This document shows, one piece after another, positions 32,201 to 37,064 of a DNA stretch of 37,064 bases (within the stretch, counting starts at the first letter, position 1; each line of letters starts with the position of its first letter). The translations under genes and the position numbers were made by a program. Source of the stretch: Nemertoderma westbladi. Its lineage: Eukaryota > Animalia > Xenacoelomorpha. Location: contig JAUCBJ010006767.1 in NCBI GenBank assembly GCA_032718475.1, positions 1-37,064 of the forward strand, given 5' to 3'. The notes below the pieces were generated by a model, which was not told the origin of the DNA, searched no databases, and worked only from the letters and a program-made list of their open reading frames with translations.

Positions 32201-33527
32201 CTTGTCTCTGTAAGCGTTCATCTAAAAATTCTTGTAGAGAATACGTGCGTCCAAGCTCGATGTCTTCCTCGAGGTTTTGGATTTCTCTATCGAACTGTGG
32301 CAAGGCTAACTCCTTCACCGATTGGACTTGTTGTTGTAATTTACGTTTCTCTAAACAATCTTGTGTTCCCTTTCCGATTTTCTGTCGAATGGCGTCTAAA
32401 GCGTTTCTTATAACACTCTCCTCGACTTCCGTGGCGGGTTGTATCGGGTTTAATCCTGGACGATTGTAAGGATCAAAGGGCGATATTAGCTGCCCGCGTC
32501 CCAATCCGGCTAAGTAGGATGGGCGGATGTCTAACGAACCCACTACCGGAGCACCACCGATTAGTTGTTCGGGTAACACTAAGTCTTTGAACAGGGAATA
32601 TAGTTCGGGAGGATCAGTGATACTGTTAGGATCAAGAGTTTGAGGTCTCACTAGGGAATGAGGAGGCCTGACCGAGTATTCCAGAACTCTGATCATGGGT
32701 TTATTCAGTGATCGTTTAAGACGAGCGATCGTGGGTGGTACGTCGAACAGGTTTCGCTCGAAACTCCCGTAAGTGTAACGCGTAAAACTATGTTTAGCGC
32801 AACGTCTCCGCGGATGTTTATGTCTTTCAGTTTGTTGGTTAGGTCTAGGACACTCGTCACAATAATACCAAAGACGTACGTCCTGTAGAGGAAACGCGGG
32901 TGTTCGTTCTCCAGTTTTGCAGTATTCTTCCATTTGTTCAAAACTATCCGGGATAACAGGTAGTGGACGATCGGCGGTAAGATACATCATAGTGAAATAG
33001 AGCCGTTTGAGTTCTACTACAGGGTCGTGATGGATACCTTGAGGATATCGAGTCTCTAAGTTCTGCTGACTAGCGACGTTGAGATAGGTTTCTCTCAAAA
33101 ACTCTAAGTATTCGTTGAAGTCGATGCGTTTATCCGGTTCTTCAACGTTTTCTCTTTCTAGTCTATTACGAATAGAATTTTCGTGATCTATTCTCGGCTT
33201 ATCGTTACGACTCCGCTGGGTATGATATTTAAATAGAACCATTTCCCTTTCTGTATCTACATCGTCCGTATCATGTAAGTCGATAGGATGGCCGGTCGTT
33301 AGGAAGTCCATATACGTACCATTACGATTCGTATAGCGAGTGGTGAATTTTCGATAGTCCAATTCACGCGCAAGTTGCTCTTGGGACATCGGCGGTTCGA
33401 TATAACGACCATCGTCCTCCGTAATGGTTGGATCGGCTTCACCGCGTATTAAGCTATCCACAAATGCTTGCAAAGGTAGAGTATATCGCTCCCTAATACC
33501 AAGATCATTTTCGATTAACTCCGTCAT
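29274..33527 (-). CDS. 1417-aa accessory protein: CxxC..CxxH finger, coiled coil, DnaQ-like (WRN/EXD-type) 3'-5' exonuclease domain, three CCHC knuckles, basic C-terminus
   Basis: VVTYDNEG (ExoI), LPQPVLEMLFNERILKIGSAVYGD (ExoII), FVDTQ, PLRPSLAIYTIFE (ExoIII-like); CRLC..H..C, CAYC..H..C, CHHCQLKGHASFDC; native ATG placed at 33527 because the first 34 codons of the tracked ORF are LINE-derived. Confidence 0.85.
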   Translation of the reverse strand: MTELIENDLGIRERYTLPLQAFVDSLIRGEADPTITEDDGRYIEPPMSQEQLARELDYRKFTTRYTNRNGTYMDFLTTGHPIDLHDTDDVDTEREMVLFKYHTQRSRNDKPRIDHENSIRNRLERENVEEPDKRIDFNEYLEFLRETYLNVASQQNLETRYPQGIHHDPVVELKRLYFTMMYLTADRPLPVIPDSFEQMEEYCKTGERTPAFPLQDVRLWYYCDECPRPNQQTERHKHPRRRCAKHSFTRYTYGSFERNLFDVPPTIARLKRSLNKPMIRVLEYSVRPPHSLVRPQTLDPNSITDPPELYSLFKDLVLPEQLIGGAPVVGSLDIRPSYLAGLGRGQLISPFDPYNRPGLNPIQPATEVEESVIRNALDAIRQKIGKGTQDCLEKRKLQQQVQSVKELALPQFDREIQNLEEDIELGRTYSLQEFLDERLQRQAEENLIEEKHTKLEEREEAALAQPEAQILMTDLYSKTVRHPSMIPHFGDKLFATIQPQPVDISTGSQNLIADAPMLQRPPIEAARVDGILVEPPDNRADLVRRMVHDVNICARPLQNSFYGIKDHPYYVNLTQYYMVKPEDPTHDLKFLPLINPLDIVELEQLQKHLDQLVKVNSFRKPYNISRIEKDIEPPYNIDGFIKTRLVHWNLDVLFEEEKIQRFGNVETYTTRHMKYSDLPDANQCATLWHPVGMTLENATKEWNETLNVIETYGVVTYDNEGSVPVGELGTTRMIHIRGLAGSTHVFTRACSDLIDYSFETLTETQKNLRHGQFELAQRYVIDTERKPAMGIDGSMLPQPVLEMLFNERILKIGSAVYGDLQNDFRNMEDIPYPFVDTQLIAPWAEGRGFFRTMYANTSSNITKVQRTSIGHLAFQEYGWNFKVGNPINYQQVYGDHYSRLYFDGPLTAPGAVYSFMSVPLRPSLAIYTIFENTALAGWLADVCSRTIRAHPLILGTKLAKLDEHNKFIRFECFRRFLTPFRNVDSQFKDRALTKLSLRNSAAEKLDSAGFAIFQEICISNLHSSVIQRPRIPTGYSVVEIQTIGPPEETDTPTSAMHLEDEPICLESEEIQPIAPRTSDNDYIIEWYQGPQCLTAYDYRHANYVSRQRCRLCASRDHDTPMDTNVRCSYFQEQPTMEIYCAYCRLNNLHIFAVCPQFMTQCHHCQLKGHASFDCPFNHDLESVDEMITLRYIRAWEANADLHCDSRHRYYPGRAYEGVYAFHPYLFASVEQKSRISSYELLKRVGECISTKFVRKFLRSVNPSDLHSYNLINYIRQDPDYGDLFVNSHPELQEVHRRPYEYRARERELERTIKPRKFLTAYGPPTALVQTTRKGPVRAAVLKRALKAVRPLSPDVDVNQPGTSTGGYTDHNPTPSDAIILHPSPRSYSPPCKVARPKEKRTLASFKKLRKRRPRKKD

Positions 33528-33528
33528 A

Positions 33529-34060
33529 CTACTAGGATCGGCATGCTGCATTGCAGCTGCATTTTTAAGAATGCTGTGCCGGCTTGTCAACAAAATTGCA
33601 CCGCCACAACTCCCTATCACCCATGACATTTGCTAGATCATCCGCATCTTTAAGGCCAGTGTCCTTTAAGATGCGTCTCAAGAAAGTCATGGGCTGTCCA
33701 CCATGCTTATTCACTCCATGAGGCTGCCAAAGTACAAGATTATGCACTGGCTGGTCCTCACGGCGAAAGCAATGTCCTGCAAAGCGGAGGCGATTTTGTT
33801 CTAGTGTCAAGCTTGGGGGAACCAATGAGACACCTCCAATGTTATATAGTGTCTGGTTGGAGATGTGTGCATTGTACTTGACACAATGTACCCGGCGTAG
33901 CATTCTTGTGAATGTGCCATCCAGAGATTTGGTGTCCTCAGCAGTTAGAGCCCAGCATGGACTCCCGTAGAGGAGTACTGGAACTACTGCTGCTCTAAAT
34001 AATCGGACCTTAAGTTTCCGATTAATTCTAGGTGACTTCCAAATCCTGGAAAGCCTATTC
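33529..34060 (-). mobile_element. 532-bp 5'-truncated RTE LINE with 12-bp TSD AACTCCGTCATA
   Basis: TSD at 33517-33528 and 34061-34072; KVRLFRAAVVPVLLYG, RLRFAGHC motifs; short (TAG)n tail. Confidence 0.93.
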
Positions 34061-34883
34061 AACTCCGTCATATCTGCTATCTGAGTTTATTAATATCAAA
34101 TAAGCTTGTATTTAGGCGAGTGGGCGTCGCTGCCTACTTTTCTTTGCCCCCGGACAGTGGGATTCTCAGCGCCGATGTACCGTCGTCGCGGTGTTTACGC
34201 CAACATGTAGCAACAGCACGACAACGATAACCGGCACAAGTCACTCCACTGTCCGTCCCAAAGGCTTGGATCCACTTAGGTTCTATCTATAGGAGAGTTG
34301 GGCTATTTTTACAATTGCGACTAGCTACGGTAAACATACTTTAGCAGTAACATTCACCTATAAACGCACAAATTCCACACAACTGTCAACAACTGCACAC
34401 ACACAGGCCATTTGTCCGTTAGTCAGTGCCTTCCAGAATGTCACGTTATTACTGTGTATCCTTGGATACTAACAGTGTGCTATGTTCTCTATGCTAGGCA
34501 ATGGGACAAGCTTTCTATTGTTCTTTTAACTTGCTTCTAATTCTAGCGTGGGTGTTGCTATGGTGACATTATGGAATGCTAGCGGTAGAATTAGGGTAAT
34601 TCTCATGCATACAGATCTGGGATGCTATTTAATAATAATTCTTTAATTGTCAATATCCTCTTTATGCATGATTTTATTAATTTTATCGGCTATTGACTAT
34701 ATGTTGGAGATTCTCGCACTCTAATACACTCAATAGGATGAATCTCCGCTCCCATGATCTATTAATTAATGGAATTTTGGGAATGTTATAAATTGTACAA
34801 ATGACAATTTATGAAATTCATTTAAAAATATGAATTTAAATTTATTCCCGTGAATTTTATTATTTGATGTTAAAATTGACACA

Positions 34884-35175
34884 ATTTGATTCCAGAGCAG
34901 GTCTGGGGACATAGGATCCTTAATTCTATGAAATTTGTCTTTTAAGAGTATCGGGAAGTGCTACGATATCTTAATCGACTAGAATTGTTAACGGATCTGA
35001 ATTTTACAGATTTTAATAAATATTAAATTAATATTTAAGATGGGCACCGATTTATTCCAGAACTTGTCTGGGGACGTTAACCATTGATTCTAGAATTTGT
35101 CTTTCAAGTATATCGGTGGGTGCCGCGATATCTTAATCGACTAGAATTACAGATGGTCAAAAGGTTTAACAGATT
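34884..35175 (-). repeat. Two ~120-bp diverged direct repeats (period ~166 bp) in the pol / extra-ORF spacer
   Basis: ATTCCAGA..GTCTGGGGAC..AATTTGTCTTT..CGATATCTTAATCGACTAGAATT present at ~34884-35000 and ~35050-35160. Confidence 0.85.
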
Positions 35176-35692
35176 TATTTGCGTTTTACTCTACTGTTAG
35201 AAGGACATCACGCTACTATATGTATTATTTAATATAAGGTAGAAGAGCAATATCGCACGAAGCAATGTCAGTGTGAAGAGGCAAGTCGTTTCCAAGGTCT
35301 ACCCAGAGCTTGGTTTAGCCGAGACACGAGGATCTGAACTTTGCATTCCTAATACTCTGCCTACCAATAATACTTGAATATAGTAGTGGCTTTATTGTAC
35401 TTTAAGAAGTACGGACATTTCATTTTACTGTAGTCGCGTATTTATAATATGATACGGACAGTAAGGAAAGAGAAAAATAATTATTTTCTCGCCGTCACAC
35501 TAATATATTATAAGTAATTACGTACGTAATAAACACAAATATATTGCACTAATCTACTAAATAATCACTAAAATAACATTTCACTAAATAAAATTGAATA
35601 AAAATGATTATAATAAAGTACATAATAAAGTTCGCATATAAAATATAATAAAATAGATAAAACAATATAGTCATACACCCACTCCAGACGTA

Positions 35693-36583
35693 TCACGTTA
35701 AGGAGTCCCTAGATGTTTGAGGAATTAGGGAGGTGGTCGTGGGAAGAGTGTCTTGCCTTCCATAGTTCCCGGAGAGTTCTCTGTCTCTTTCCAGTAAACA
35801 TAAACGACCAACTGGGCGATTGAGTTGTTGCGTCTCAAAGATGATGCCTGGCTTCTTGAAGTTACGCCGCATGACGATGAGTTCTACCGAGCGTACTAAA
35901 CCATCATCTGAGATGTGGGTCTCGATGATACGACCTGTCTGCCACCGTTTACGTGGGAGGTCTGGATCTACAATAAGCACCATATCTCCGGCGCTGACGT
36001 TTTCTTGCTGCGCAAACCACTTAGTTCGAAGTTGTAGCGTGGGCAGATAATGTTTCTCGAAATGGTCAGCGAAACGACGGGATAGCAACTGCATAAGTTG
36101 CCAAGTTCGACGGCAGTATTCGTCTCCGTCGGCAATCTCCGATCGTGGGAGCATGGCTACGGGTTTCTTCAGTAGGAAGTGCGCGGGTGTTAGCGCTTCC
36201 AGGGAATCGGGACTCGATGAGACTGGCATAAGCGGTCTCTCGTTGAGATAGGCAGCGATTTCCTCCATTAACGTCCGCAAAAGTTCGTCGGTGAGATACG
36301 CGCGGCATGGCACTATAAAGTTAAATGCAGTTTTGACACTTCGAATTAATCTCTCCCAACTTCCTCCCCACCAAGGGGTGTCAGCGGCGTTGAAGGTCCA
36401 GCTAGACGCTGTTATCCTTAGCTGGTCGTCCACCTGTCTTTGGTTCCAGTCCTTCACGTAAGCCTGTATCTCGTTGTTGGCACCTATGAAGTTCGTTCCT
36501 TTATCCGATCTCATGGTATTACTCGTCCCGAAGCGAGCGATCTGTCGTCGTAAACTTAAGACGAAGCTGTTAGTAGATAGATC
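35693..36583 (-). pseudogene. BEL/Pao integrase core and C-terminal domain, 5'-interrupted
   Basis: About 15 aa differences in ~296 aa versus the C-terminus of 19074..25037; similarity stops at 36583. Confidence 0.95.
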
Positions 36584-37064
36584 AGTAGTAAGATGAACCC
36601 ATCCTCGGCGACAGTTGGACCTACTTCGCACCTTGGGTGTTAAGTAGGTCATTAATTAATTAATCAATTAATTAATTGGTCGATTAAACAATTAATTAAT
36701 TGTTTAATCAATCGATTTGCATCAAATAATGTTGCCAAAGGCAATTTAATTTGATACAAATCAATCAGATAGGGACGCGAAATGAATAAATTGTACTACA
36801 ACAAACGAAATATACAACACAATAGGCACTGTGCAATATAATATACAATACATTTGTATTATTTTTGCCATACAGTAGGTAAAGGTAGAATTAAATATAA
36901 AGACACGAGCGGGGCCCAAAACATAAATTACCCTCACCCAAAAATAAAGTGGACCAGTTTGACCCCGAGTCATCCATCAATAATCTAGGGCTGCTCGGGC
37001 TCTTATTAACCGTAGCATGACTAACCCAAACATCAATGCGTGAATGGGACCTGCGTGAATGGGG

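Larger units (their letters stand above)
27927..36583 (-). mobile_element. BEL/Pao LTR retrotransposon, element 2 (3' half: integrase end, spacer, extra ORF, PPT, 3' LTR)
   Basis: Integrase ~95% identical in protein to element 1; co-oriented ORF, PPT and LTR follow on the minus strand. Confidence 0.85.

Noticed and set aside
29274-33527. Independent host gene or antisense ORF of element 1
   Set aside because: Intronless and enclosed between element 2's integrase and PPT/LTR on the same strand
29274-33629. Env glycoprotein, or an N-terminal signal peptide in MSWVIGSCGGAILL
   Set aside because: Those 34 codons are RTE LINE sequence; the remainder has no evident transmembrane anchor and ends in a basic tail
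36584-36652. N-terminus MTYLTPK... of the 319-aa ORF as a real start
   Set aside because: Unrelated flanking sequence that happens to be in frame; similarity to element 1 starts at 36583

Overview
Repeat-dense eukaryotic (probably invertebrate animal) DNA with no confidently identifiable host gene. The left 13 kb holds minisatellites, a hAT-like MITE, piggyBac-like non-autonomous pieces, truncated RTE and RTEX/CR1-like LINEs, and a CRE-like LINE flanked by a ~73-bp direct repeat. The remaining 24 kb holds two related BEL/Pao LTR retrotransposons facing each other across a 2.1-kb satellite. Element 1 (+) has a 5' LTR (13394-14607), a 2.3-kb leader and a gag-pol split by one frameshift, and is 3'-truncated. 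Element 2 (-) retains the integrase end, a 1.6-kb spacer, an intact 1417-aa extra ORF in the env position, a PPT and a 3' LTR (27927-29195). The extra ORF is not env-like: it has the motifs of a WRN/EXD-type DnaQ-like 3'-5' exonuclease plus tandem CCHC knuckles. Element 1 has no tRNA-type PBS; the 12 nt after its LTR are complementary to a site inside that LTR, hinting at self-priming. Together the copies imply a ~19-kb exonuclease-carrying BEL/Pao family. All domain calls are by eye; no searches were run.
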